Part shown: positions 1 to 7,049 of the stretch, piece after piece
Position numbering within the stretch: position 1 is the first letter of the stretch
Layout of the letters: each line of letters opens with the position of its first letter
Origin: Candidatus Sumerlaeia bacterium
GTDB taxonomy: Bacteria > Sumerlaeota > Sumerlaeia > SLMS01
Direction: 5' to 3'
NCBI GenBank assembly: GCA_038208905.1
Contig: JBBQYG010000138.1
Location: 1 to 11,033 of the forward strand
DNA: 11,033 nt
The notes under the pieces: model-generated
What the model was told of the DNA's origin: nothing
The model's database searches: none
Seen by the model: only the letters and a program-made list of their open reading frames with translations
Made by a program: the position numbers and the translations under genes

Positions 1-48
1 CGTCTCCAGCACCGCGGCCACGCGGGTGTATTGCAGGCACCTCAAGGG

Positions 49-181
49 CAGGGATGAGGTATGAAGTGGGAAGGATAAGCGGCAACGGCGGCAAATTGCA
101 CTCTCCGTCACTTGCCTCTGATCCATCCGTCCCATCGAGAACCCAAAAACGCTGGACTCTTTTTTTCATCCCTTATCCCTG
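49..181. repeat. 17-bp imperfect inverted repeat built from heptamer units (GGGATGA-like), flanking a 99-bp spacer
   Basis: CAGGGATGAGGTATGAA (49-65) matches the reverse complement of TTCATCCCTTATCCCTG (165-181) at 15/17 positions. It lies just past the msr stop codon. Confidence 0.65.
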
Positions 182-198
182 TCGTTCCCCCCTGCAGT

Positions 199-1200
199 TC
201 AGAACCGCTTCACATACGCGTGGCAGTAGGGCTCCTTGCCGGTCTTCTTGTAGTAGTCCTGATGGTACTCCTCCGCCGGCCAGAACTTCGGGGCCTTCAC
301 GACTTGGGTGGCGACCTTGAGGCCCTTGGCCTTTAGCTCGCCGATCAGCTTCTCCGTGATCGCCTTCTGTTCGTCGTCCACATAGAACACCGCGGAGCGA
401 TACTGCTTCCCAACGTCCGGGCCCTGGCGATCAACGTGCGTCGGGTCGTGGGTCTCGAAGAAGAGTCTCGCCAGCTTCTCGAAGGAGGTCTTGGTTGGAT
501 CGAAGACCACCTCGATCGCCTCCGCGTGGCCCGTGTCGGTGTAGCAGACTTCCTTGTAGGTGGGGTTATCCTTGTGGCCGCCTATGTAGCCGACGGCCGT
601 CTCGGTGACGCCCGGCTCGATGGCGAAGAAGTGCTCCACGCCCCAGAAGCACCCGCCGGCAAAGATCGCGCGGCTAGTCGTGGCGCCCGCCGTGGCCTTG
701 GGCTCGAAGACCATCGAGATCGAGTTCACGCAGTGGCGCGTATTCTTGGCCGTGAAGCCCTCGCCCGCGAACACGTGACCCAAGTGCGCGTCGCACTTCG
801 CGCAGACGATCTCGGTCCGGCGGCCGTCGGCGTCGGGGACGTGCTTTACGGCCCCGGGGATTTCGTCGTCGAAGCTCGGCCATCCGCATCCCGAGTCGAA
901 TTTCGAGGTGGAGTCATAAAGCGCCGTATTGCATCGCTTGCAGCGATAGGTGCCCGCTTCCTTCACTTCGTAGAGGTCGCCGGAAAAGGGGCGCTCGGTC
1001 CCCTTGTTTACGATGACGCGCTCTTCCTCGGTGGTCAGCTTCCGCCAATCGGGATTGGTAGCCATGCTCGTCTGTGTCTCCTCTTTCTGCGCAAATGCGC
1101 TGATTGCCAACAGGCACGAAACCAGTGCCGCCGCCACGCCCAGCATCAGGATCAGGCCTTTCGCGCGGGGCAGGCCCTTTGATTCTGTCGCTTGCATCAT
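199..1200 (-). CDS. msrAB: Bifunctional peptide-methionine sulfoxide reductase (MsrB domain followed by MsrA domain) with N-terminal Sec signal peptide
   Basis: MsrB motifs: GTERPF, CKRC and CAKC zinc ligands, KFDSGCGWPSF, HLGHVF, RHCVNS. MsrA motifs: FAGGCFWGVE, GHAEA, HDPT, QGPDVGKQYRS, AEEYHQDY. Start moved from 1221 to ATG 1200 (or 1197) because GGAGGT lies just upstream. The N-terminus is basic, then hydrophobic, ending A-F-A. Confidence 0.96.
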   Translation of the reverse strand: MMQATESKGLPRAKGLILMLGVAAALVSCLLAISAFAQKEETQTSMATNPDWRKLTTEEERVIVNKGTERPFSGDLYEVKEAGTYRCKRCNTALYDSTSKFDSGCGWPSFDDEIPGAVKHVPDADGRRTEIVCAKCDAHLGHVFAGEGFTAKNTRHCVNSISMVFEPKATAGATTSRAIFAGGCFWGVEHFFAIEPGVTETAVGYIGGHKDNPTYKEVCYTDTGHAEAIEVVFDPTKTSFEKLARLFFETHDPTHVDRQGPDVGKQYRSAVFYVDDEQKAITEKLIGELKAKGLKVATQVVKAPKFWPAEEYHQDYYKKTGKEPYCHAYVKRF

Positions 1201-1233
1201 CTCCACCTCCGGGTCTCTCATGCCACCGGGCTA

Positions 1234-1249
1234 TGCACCCGCCGTGCCC
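1234..1249 (-). promoter_or_regulatory. Candidate sigma54 (-24/-12) promoter for msrAB
   Basis: Minus strand reads GGGCACGGCGGGTGCA against consensus TGGCACG-N4-TTGCW, with exact GG-N10-GC spacing. Predicted TSS near 1223, just upstream of the RBS (1205-1210). Confidence 0.5.
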
Positions 1250-1317
1250 GGTCGCGGGCTTGGCAGGTTTCCCCGCCGGGATTCCGTGGCATGGCCCATT
1301 CGTCTCGCGGATGCCTG

Positions 1318-1346
1318 ATATTGCTCCCCTCCCGGCTCATGGTCAA
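1318..1346 (-). promoter_or_regulatory. Candidate sigma70 promoter for msrAB
   Basis: Minus strand TTGACC-N17-CAATAT. Confidence 0.45.
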
Positions 1347-1359
1347 AGCACTATTGCAG

Positions 1360-1382
1360 GGGGTTGCGGGAACCGCAACCCC
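1360..1382. promoter_or_regulatory. Perfect 10-bp palindrome between the divergent msrAB and infB promoters (possible operator/enhancer)
   Basis: GGGGTTGCGG-GAA-CCGCAACCCC. Confidence 0.4.
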
Positions 1383-1392
1383 GGGATAGCCC

Positions 1393-1423
1393 TTGACGGG
1401 GGGAGCTTGGGACGTGCCATTCT
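1393..1423 (+). promoter_or_regulatory. Candidate sigma70 promoter for infB
   Basis: TTGACG (1393-1398) and extended -10 TG-C-CATTCT (1415-1423). The 19-nt spacer is longer than ideal. Confidence 0.35.
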
Positions 1424-1576
1424 GTCCTCCCCCGGGAAAATGGCGCCCGGTGGACTGGCCTCTTTTTCCCCGGAAAACCCGAATAAGGGAAGGGCCTTTC
1501 AGGTATGCCCTCCGGCTTTTTGAGGGCACCCTGACCGCCGAGCACGTCATCCGCAGCACCCACTATCGGAGTTGTT

Positions 1577-4500
1577 ATGCAGATTAAGCAGGTCGCAGAG
1601 CTTCTTGGCGCCGAAAAGAAGGACGTCATCGACGAGGTGGAGACTCTCCGCGAGGCGTTCTCCGCGAAGGGCTATAAAATTGCCAAAAAGCTGACCGCTG
1701 CCAGCAGCTTGGACGAGGAAATCGCCAAGCACGTGCTCGCGAATTTCGACGTGCGCCGCCAAAAGGTGGCCGAGGTCGCCAAGGAAGAAGAGGCGCGCCG
1801 CCACCGCGAGGAGGAAGAACGCCGCCGCGCTGCGGACGAAATGGCCCGCAAGAAAACCGAGGAGGAGGCGCGTCAGCGCGCCGAGGTCGCGCGCGTTGCC
1901 GCCGAGGCCGAACTGGCCCGGCGTCAGGCCGAGATCGCCCGCCAAGAGCGCGAGGCCGCCGAAGCCGCCGCCCGCGCCAAGGCCGTCGAGGTCGCCGCGC
2001 AGCGGGCCGCCGCCGCCGCACAGGCCCCAGCCCTTGCTGCTGCCCCCGCAGCCGTGCCCGCCGCGCAGCCCGCTACTCCCGCCGCCGCTGCTCCGGCGCC
2101 TGCTTCCGGCCCCCGCCCGGCCATGCAGTCGCCCCCCGATCATACGCCCCGCCCGGCCCCATTTGGCGCTCCACGGGCTCCAACGCACCGTCCCGGCTCA
2201 CCGCCTCAGCAGCGCCCCTATGACGGCCCGCCCCGCGGCGGAGACGACCGCGGCGGCCCCCGCACAGCATACCCCCCGCGCCCCGACTCGCGAGGCCCCC
2301 GGCCTGCCGGTCCGCCCTATCCCCCGCGCGACGACCGTGGCCCCCGGCCTGCTGGCCCCTATCCTCCCCGCGACGATCGTGGACCCCGTCCCGCTGGACC
2401 CTACCCCCCCCGCGATGACCGCGGTGGTCCCCGTCCCGCTGGACCCGGCAGTCGCCCCATCGGCGACCGCGGGCCCCGCCCCGCCGGGCCTGGCGGTCCC
2501 GGCAGCCGCCCCATGGGCGACCGTGGCGGCCCACGCCCCGGTGGTCCCGGCGCGCGCCCCGGCGGACCCGGTGGCCGCCCCGGCGGCCGCGAGGAGACGA
2601 CCCGCGATGGTCGTCCCGCCAATGCGGCCCAGCTTCAGAATTTCCTGAAGGACGGCCTGCAGACCGACGTCACCGACGACTTCAAGCGTACCGCGGTTCG
2701 CCGCGGTCCCAAGCCCGTCAAGCCCGCCGGTACCGACAAGCGCGACTGGGAGGAGAAGGCCAAGCGCGCCGTCAAGCCCGGCGGAGTTGATGACAAGAAG
2801 CGCATCCGCCCCAGCCAGATCTTCAACCTCGAAGCCGGCCTGAGCGGCGACCGCCGAATGAAGGGCCGCCGCAAGGGCCCCGGCGAGCGCGAAGAGCGCG
2901 AGCCCAGCCGTCCAGAAATCCGCGCCATCGTTCTGCGCGGGGACTTTACCGTTGGCCAGTTCGCCGAGAAGACCGGGCTCGAAGTCGCCGAGGTCATGGG
3001 CAAGCTCTTCGCCATGGGCGAGATGCTCACCATCAATCAGCTCCTCGACTCCGAAAAGGCCGAGGCCCTTGCCATCGAGTTCGAACTCGACATCAAGGTC
3101 GAAAAGGAAAGCGACGAGGGCGACATCGCCGAGATCGTCGATGTGGAGGACGATCCCGCCCTCCTCGTGCCCCGCTCGCCGGTCGTCACCGTCATGGGCC
3201 ACGTCGATCACGGCAAAACCTCCCTTCTCGACCGCATCCGCAAGGCCGACGTGGCCGCGGGCGAGTTCGGCGGCATCACCCAGCACATCGGCGCCTACCA
3301 CGTGGCCACGCCCCGCGGAGACGTCGTATTCCTCGACACCCCCGGCCACGAGGCCTTCACCGAAATGCGCTCGCGCGGCGCCAACGTCACCGACTTGGTG
3401 ATTCTGGTCGTCGCCGCCAACGACGGCGTCATGCCCCAGACCGTGGAAGCCATCAGCCACGCCAAGGCCGCCGGCGTCCCGATCCTTGTCGCTATCAACA
3501 AGATCGACGCACCCGGCGCCAACATCGACCGCGTGAAGCAGGAACTGATGAAGTACGAGCTCGTCGCCGAGGATTACGGAGGAGAGACCATCATGCTCCC
3601 CGTTTCCGCCCTTCGCGGTGACGGCATCGACAACCTGCTGGAGTACGTCGCTCTCCAGACGGAAATCCTCGAACTCACGGCCAACCCAAGCCGCCCGGCC
3701 ATTGGAACGGTGGTCGAGTCTCACATGGACCCGCTGCGCGGCGCCGTCGCCACGATCCTCGTGGAGGCCGGCACGCTCCGCGTGGGCGACGCCTTCCTCT
3801 GCGGCACCGAGTTTGGCCGCGTTCGCGCCATGCGCGACGACCGCGACCACACCATCGACGAGGCCGGGCCCTCCCGCCCCGTCGAGATCATCGGCCTCAG
3901 CGGCAGCCCCATCGCCGGAGAGCGCTTCGTCGTCATGCCCTCCGAGTCCGAGGCACGCCAGATCGGCGAGCGACGCACCGCCCGCCGCAAGACACGCAAG
4001 GCCATCCACAAGCAGCACATCAGCCTGGACAACCTGGCAGAGCGCATGGCCGAGGGATCCGTCCTTACCCTCAACATTATCATCAAGGCCGACGTTCAGG
4101 GCTCCGTGGAGGCCATCGCCGGCACGATCCTCAAGATCAAGAGCGACAAGGTCCTCATCCGCATCCTCCACTCCGCCGTCGGCGCCGTCAGCAACTCCGA
4201 CGTCCAACTGGCCGACGCCTCCGAGGCCATCATCCTCGCCTTCAACGTCGGCGTGGACACCACCGCCCGCGACCGCGCCGAGGAATACGGCGTGGACGTG
4301 CGCTCCTACCAGATCATCTATGCCCTCAAGGCCGACATTGAAAAGGCCATGATGGGAATGCTCACCCCCGAGTTCGCCGAGAAGGAAGAGGGCCGCGCCA
4401 AGGTCCTCACCACCTTCAAGGTCTCCAAGGTCGGCACCGTCGCCGGCTGCTTCGTGGAGGAGGGCGCCATCAACATCAAGCACCAGGCCCGCCTCCTGCG

Positions 4501-4717
4501 CGACGGCAACATCATCTGGCGCGGCAAGCTCCGCTCCCTCCGCCGCATCAAGGACGACGTCAGGGAAGTCCTCAACGGCCTCGAATGCGGCATCGGCCTC
4601 GAGAACTACAACGACGTGAAGGACGACGACATCATTCAGGTCTACTCCCTCGTCGAGCAAACCCTCTCCCTCGTCACCACCGACTCCACCCGCAAGCCCG
4701 AGACGGCCCGGGCATAG
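1577..4717 (+). CDS. infB: Translation initiation factor IF-2
   Basis: 1046 aa. GTPase motifs [36 protein letters not shown] and [14 protein letters not shown]-terminal VAGC and ECGI. GGAG RBS 5 nt before the ATG; strong GC3 codon bias. Confidence 0.99.
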   Translation: MQIKQVAELLGAEKKDVIDEVETLREAFSAKGYKIAKKLTAASSLDEEIAKHVLANFDVRRQKVAEVAKEEEARRHREEEERRRAADEMARKKTEEEARQRAEVARVAAEAELARRQAEIARQEREAAEAAARAKAVEVAAQRAAAAAQAPALAAAPAAVPAAQPATPAAAAPAPASGPRPAMQSPPDHTPRPAPFGAPRAPTHRPGSPPQQRPYDGPPRGGDDRGGPRTAYPPRPDSRGPRPAGPPYPPRDDRGPRPAGPYPPRDDRGPRPAGPYPPRDDRGGPRPAGPGSRPIGDRGPRPAGPGGPGSRPMGDRGGPRPGGPGARPGGPGGRPGGREETTRDGRPANAAQLQNFLKDGLQTDVTDDFKRTAVRRGPKPVKPAGTDKRDWEEKAKRAVKPGGVDDKKRIRPSQIFNLEAGLSGDRRMKGRRKGPGEREEREPSRPEIRAIVLRGDFTVGQFAEKTGLEVAEVMGKLFAMGEMLTINQLLDSEKAEALAIEFELDIKVEKESDEGDIAEIVDVEDDPALLVPRSPVVTVMGHVDHGKTSLLDRIRKADVAAGEFGGITQHIGAYHVATPRGDVVFLDTPGHEAFTEMRSRGANVTDLVILVVAANDGVMPQTVEAISHAKAAGVPILVAINKIDAPGANIDRVKQELMKYELVAEDYGGETIMLPVSALRGDGIDNLLEYVALQTEILELTANPSRPAIGTVVESHMDPLRGAVATILVEAGTLRVGDAFLCGTEFGRVRAMRDDRDHTIDEAGPSRPVEIIGLSGSPIAGERFVVMPSESEARQIGERRTARRKTRKAIHKQHISLDNLAERMAEGSVLTLNIIIKADVQGSVEAIAGTILKIKSDKVLIRILHSAVGAVSNSDVQLADASEAIILAFNVGVDTTARDRAEEYGVDVRSYQIIYALKADIEKAMMGMLTPEFAEKEEGRAKVLTTFKVSKVGTVAGCFVEEGAINIKHQARLLRDGNIIWRGKLRSLRRIKDDVREVLNGLECGIGLENYNDVKDDDIIQVYSLVEQTLSLVTTDSTRKPETARA
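2270..2590 (+). repeat. Coding tandem repeats in the IF-2 N-terminal region ([14 protein letters not shown] units, then degenerate GPRPGG units)
   Basis: Three near-identical units of about 14 aa (42 nt) at roughly 2318-2447, plus degenerate flanking copies. Third codon positions differ between copies. Confidence 0.85.
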
Positions 4718-4746
4718 CCGCCGGACGGGACAGCCACCGGAACACC

Positions 4747-4790
4747 AACTCCGCGCAGAGCCAGTGGCTTTGCGCGGAGTTTTCTCTTTT
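4747..4790 (+). terminator. Rho-independent terminator of infB
   Basis: Stem AACTCCGCGCAGAGCC / GGCTTTGCGCGGAGTT (one G-U pair) followed by a T-rich tail, 30 nt after the infB stop. Confidence 0.85.
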
Positions 4791-4849
4791 GATGACCTGC
4801 CCATCCTTCGACTCGACATCCTGAAATGGCGCGGATTGTGTGCGCAATA

Positions 4850-4868
4850 GACGCGGATAATCCGCGTC
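4850..4868. promoter_or_regulatory. Perfect 9-bp palindrome with 1-nt centre (operator-like)
   Basis: GACGCGGAT-A-ATCCGCGTC, with a third half-site CGCGGAT at 4830-4836. Confidence 0.35.
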
Positions 4869-4901
4869 AAATCGCGCGCAAGCTCGGAAAATGGCACGGC
4901 G

Positions 4902-5171
4902 GGGGAGTGGAACACCAAATGAATCGCTGAAAAAGACCTCCGCATTGACTTCATCGGGGGGCGGGGCGGGCGGCTTGAGCGCAAGCCATCTCCGGTGCCG
5001 CCGCGCGCATTGTCCCACCTGGCGCGCGACGGTAACCAAGGTGTGTTCTGCGCCAGAGAAGGAATGGTCCCGCATGATCGTGTGAAGGCGCACCAAGTCG
5101 ATCAGGTCGCCGTTCTTGCTGAGCCAATCCACAGCCTCGCCGAAGAGCCGCGGATCGCGACGCCCGAAGGT
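4902..5171 (-). pseudogene. Internal fragment of a conserved hypothetical protein gene (GRxDPRLFxExxDWLxxNG family), lacking its 5' end and apparently its 3' end
   Basis: The frame of ORF 4674..5132 extends upstream as TFGRRDPRLFGEAVDWLSKNGDLIDLVRLHTIMR...EVFFSDSFGVPLP. An in-frame TGA at 5204-5202 has no start codon between it and the motif. Downstream the frame runs into the palindrome and the infB terminator. The family resemblance is from recall only. Confidence 0.5.
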
Positions 5172-5213
5172 CCCTTGACTACTGCCCGGCCACGCTTTTT
5201 TTCAACCCCCCCG

Positions 5214-6008
5214 TCACGCTTCGGACGCCACCTCCTCCGGAATCACATCGCCGCCGACCAGGCGATACGTCTCCACCGAGCTGTGAATCACAAGAATCAC
5301 CAGTACCACCGCAAGAACCAGCGAGGAACCGACGGTGCCGAATCCCAGACCGCCCTTGTCGTGGGTCTTGGTCAGCACGTCTCCCAGCGTGGCGCCGAAC
5401 GGCCGCGTCAGGACGAAGGCCATCCAGAAAAGCGCCACGCGCGAAACCGAAGTGAGCCTGTAAACGAGCAGCAGGACGCCAAGCAACCCACCAATCAGCA
5501 ATGCCCCACCCGCAAAGCCCAGTCCGGAATCGTCGGCCAGATAGTCGCCCACCGCGGTGCCCAGCGTGTTGGATACCAGAATCGCGATCCAATAGATCAC
5601 CTCGACCCGACGTGACCGGATGTGGCTGACGGAGAGCGAGGCACCGCTCGCCCACCACACCGCGAAGATCACCAGCAGCAACCCGCTCAGGATCAACGAC
5701 CCCGTCGCATAGCCAAGCCCCAGTGTCCGATCCATGTAGTCCGACATCGTCGTGCCCGCCGTGCTCGTCGTCAGAATCACCGCCCAGTACAACGACGGAT
5801 GAAACCGCTTCGCCGCCAGCTGGCCAAACAGCGACATCAGGAAGAGTCCCATCAGCAACAGCGTGCTCGCCGCATAGCCCACATTCAACGTCATCGACAG
5901 CAGGTCCCCCGCCGTCTCCCCCAGCGTCGTCGCACAGATCTTCATGATCCAGAACAGGACCGCGACCTCTGGAATCTTGCTCCGGCCTTCCATGCTTCCC
6001 TCGCTCAT
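5214..6008 (-). CDS. COG4705 / DUF347-repeat multi-pass membrane protein
   Basis: Characteristic SKIPEV..FWIMKICATTLGETAGD start. Four repeats of W-x(6-7)-T/P-x-G-x(4)-D (YWAVILTTSTAGTTMSD, YWIAILVSNTLGTAVGD, FWMAFVLTRPFGATLGD) and a terminal GGLGFGT. Start trimmed to ATG 6008 (alternative 5993); about 264 aa. Confidence 0.92.
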   Translation of the reverse strand: MSEGSMEGRSKIPEVAVLFWIMKICATTLGETAGDLLSMTLNVGYAASTLLLMGLFLMSLFGQLAAKRFHPSLYWAVILTTSTAGTTMSDYMDRTLGLGYATGSLILSGLLLVIFAVWWASGASLSVSHIRSRRVEVIYWIAILVSNTLGTAVGDYLADDSGLGFAGGALLIGGLLGVLLLVYRLTSVSRVALFWMAFVLTRPFGATLGDVLTKTHDKGGLGFGTVGSSLVLAVVLVILVIHSSVETYRLVGGDVIPEEVASEA

Positions 6009-6065
6009 CCTGTTAATCCCCGCATCACGAAGTATCGACGGGCGCCAACTCGCGCGTCCGGATAG

Positions 6066-6097
6066 ATCATGCAAACGCGGAATGAAGAGAAGCTGAA
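6066..6097 (-). promoter_or_regulatory. Candidate OmpR/PhoB-family-activated promoter of the DUF347 gene
   Basis: Minus strand TTCAG-N6-TTCAT direct repeat (11-bp period), then a 10-nt spacer and the -10-like CATGAT, about 60 nt upstream of the ATG. Confidence 0.4.
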
Positions 6098-6184
6098 TTC
6101 CGAGGGACGATAGCGGGAAAAATCCCGCGCGGATCTTCGGGAAGATCAGTGCCTTTCTATGAACTTGGTGGCCGCTCCATATCC

Positions 6185-6205
6185 GCATGGGCATCCTGCC
6201 CATGC
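6185..6205. repeat. REP-type palindrome
   Basis: GCATGGGCA-TCC-TGCCCATGC, a perfect 9-bp stem. It resembles the widespread GGGCAGGATGCCC extragenic palindrome class. Confidence 0.6.
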
Positions 6206-6273
6206 CCGATCAGACTCCCGCCCACACCTGCATCAGCAGGCCCCCCTCGACCCCCGGATTCCTCTTCGGATTA

Positions 6274-6436
6274 GGCTGTGTCTGACAATTGCATTCGGCT
6301 TTCCGATGGCTGCGAACCTTCGTCCTGACGCGTCGCGATTTCTCAACGATGAACCACATCGCCTCGTCATCGGCGCCATCGTCATGACTCGTTCTCGCTC
6401 AACGGACCAGCTCGAAGCCATTTATCAAACACAGCC
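6274..6436. mobile_element. Non-autonomous MITE, 163 bp, IS5-family-like ends
   Basis: Terminal inverted repeats GGCTGTGTCTGACAA (6274-6288) and TTATCAAACACAGCC (6422-6436) match 13/15. TA flanks both sides (6272-6273 and 6437-6438). No transposase ORF inside. Confidence 0.75.
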
Positions 6437-6534
6437 TAGTATATCCAATCAGAAACCAAGCATGCCATAGAGTGCTTCCCAGTACAGCCGCCCTCAAACC
6501 TCACCCGCCACCGGCCCACCCTCGCCCGAACCTC

Positions 6535-6564
6535 CTCTGTGCTCTCTGTGCGCTCTGTGGTGAA
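6535..6564. repeat. Short tandem repeat, 3 x CTCTGTG at 9-bp period followed by GTGAA
   Basis: CTCTGTG-CT-CTCTGTG-CG-CTCTGTG-GTGAA. Confidence 0.75.
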
Positions 6565-6612
6565 CCCTTTTTTTCCTGTCGATCTGCCCACGAAGCGTCG
6601 CAGAACAGACTA

Positions 6613-6664
6613 CTCCCGAACACGCTCCGCCGTAAACAACGCCTCCATGAAAAACTCCGCCTTC
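6613..6664 (-). repeat. Direct repeat copy 1: orphan duplicate of the pabB 3' end (att-like)
   Basis: 47/52 identical to 7851-7902, with a perfect 34-bp core (6624-6657 = 7862-7895). Translates on the minus strand as KAEFFMEALFTAERVRE, then TAG at 6612-6610. Confidence 0.9.
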
Positions 6665-7049
6665 TCCGGTAAACGGTGGCGCCTGCCGGCGTGAGAGGGG
6701 AGGCGGTGGAGGAGCTACGAGGTCGGGGGGGGGCTTCAAGCCGGGCGGCGGCGTAGGTAGAGATGTGAAGCCCATTTGTCATTGGCCCGACAGCATTCCT
6801 CCTGGCCTCCCAAATAAGACAAGGAAGGTTTTTTCGGAGAAGCGACTTAAGGGATGCCGCATACTTGGATGGCACAGTATGAATAATTGAGTACAATGGT
6901 CTCTTTTTTGGTTGCCCTTAAGAATTGGACTGAAGCAGTCTCTATCTTCGTGTCGCAGCTGTAATAACCTTGGCCGCCGCAAGCCACGGTTTGACCCGTT
7001 GCGACAGACAAGTCTTGAGGGCATCAAAAACCACCCAGAGAGAGTGATA

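Noticed and set aside
1..57. Partial CDS at the left edge (minus LQYTRVAAVLET or a plus frame ending at TGA 55-57)
   Set aside because: Too short to decide strand or identity.
436..1182. 248-aa plus-strand ORF and other ORFs overlapping msrAB
   Set aside because: Antisense or alternative-frame shadows of a well-supported gene.
2270..2450. CRISPR array at the 42-nt repeats
   Set aside because: These are in-frame coding repeats with no unique spacers and no cas genes.
4892..4907. TGGCACGGCGGGGGAG as a sigma54 promoter
   Set aside because: It has the -24 element but lacks the -12 GC, and no plus-strand gene follows.
2198..4984. 928-aa minus-strand ORF
   Set aside because: Antisense shadow of infB. 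Stop-free mirror frames are expected with high GC3, and it has no recognisable motifs.
6009..6203. 65-aa N-terminal extension of the DUF347 ORF
   Set aside because: It runs through promoter-like and palindromic DNA, and family similarity begins only at SKIPEV.
6159..6470. 103-aa ORF crossing the MITE as a possible transposase
   Set aside because: No DDE or HUH motifs, and it spans a REP palindrome and both MITE ends.
6725..6733. G9 homopolymer as a phase-variation tract
   Set aside because: It is not inside a supported gene or promoter spacer.
6912..7049. Upstream extension of the lipoprotein ORF
   Set aside because: The signal peptide and lipobox only make sense from ATG 7050.
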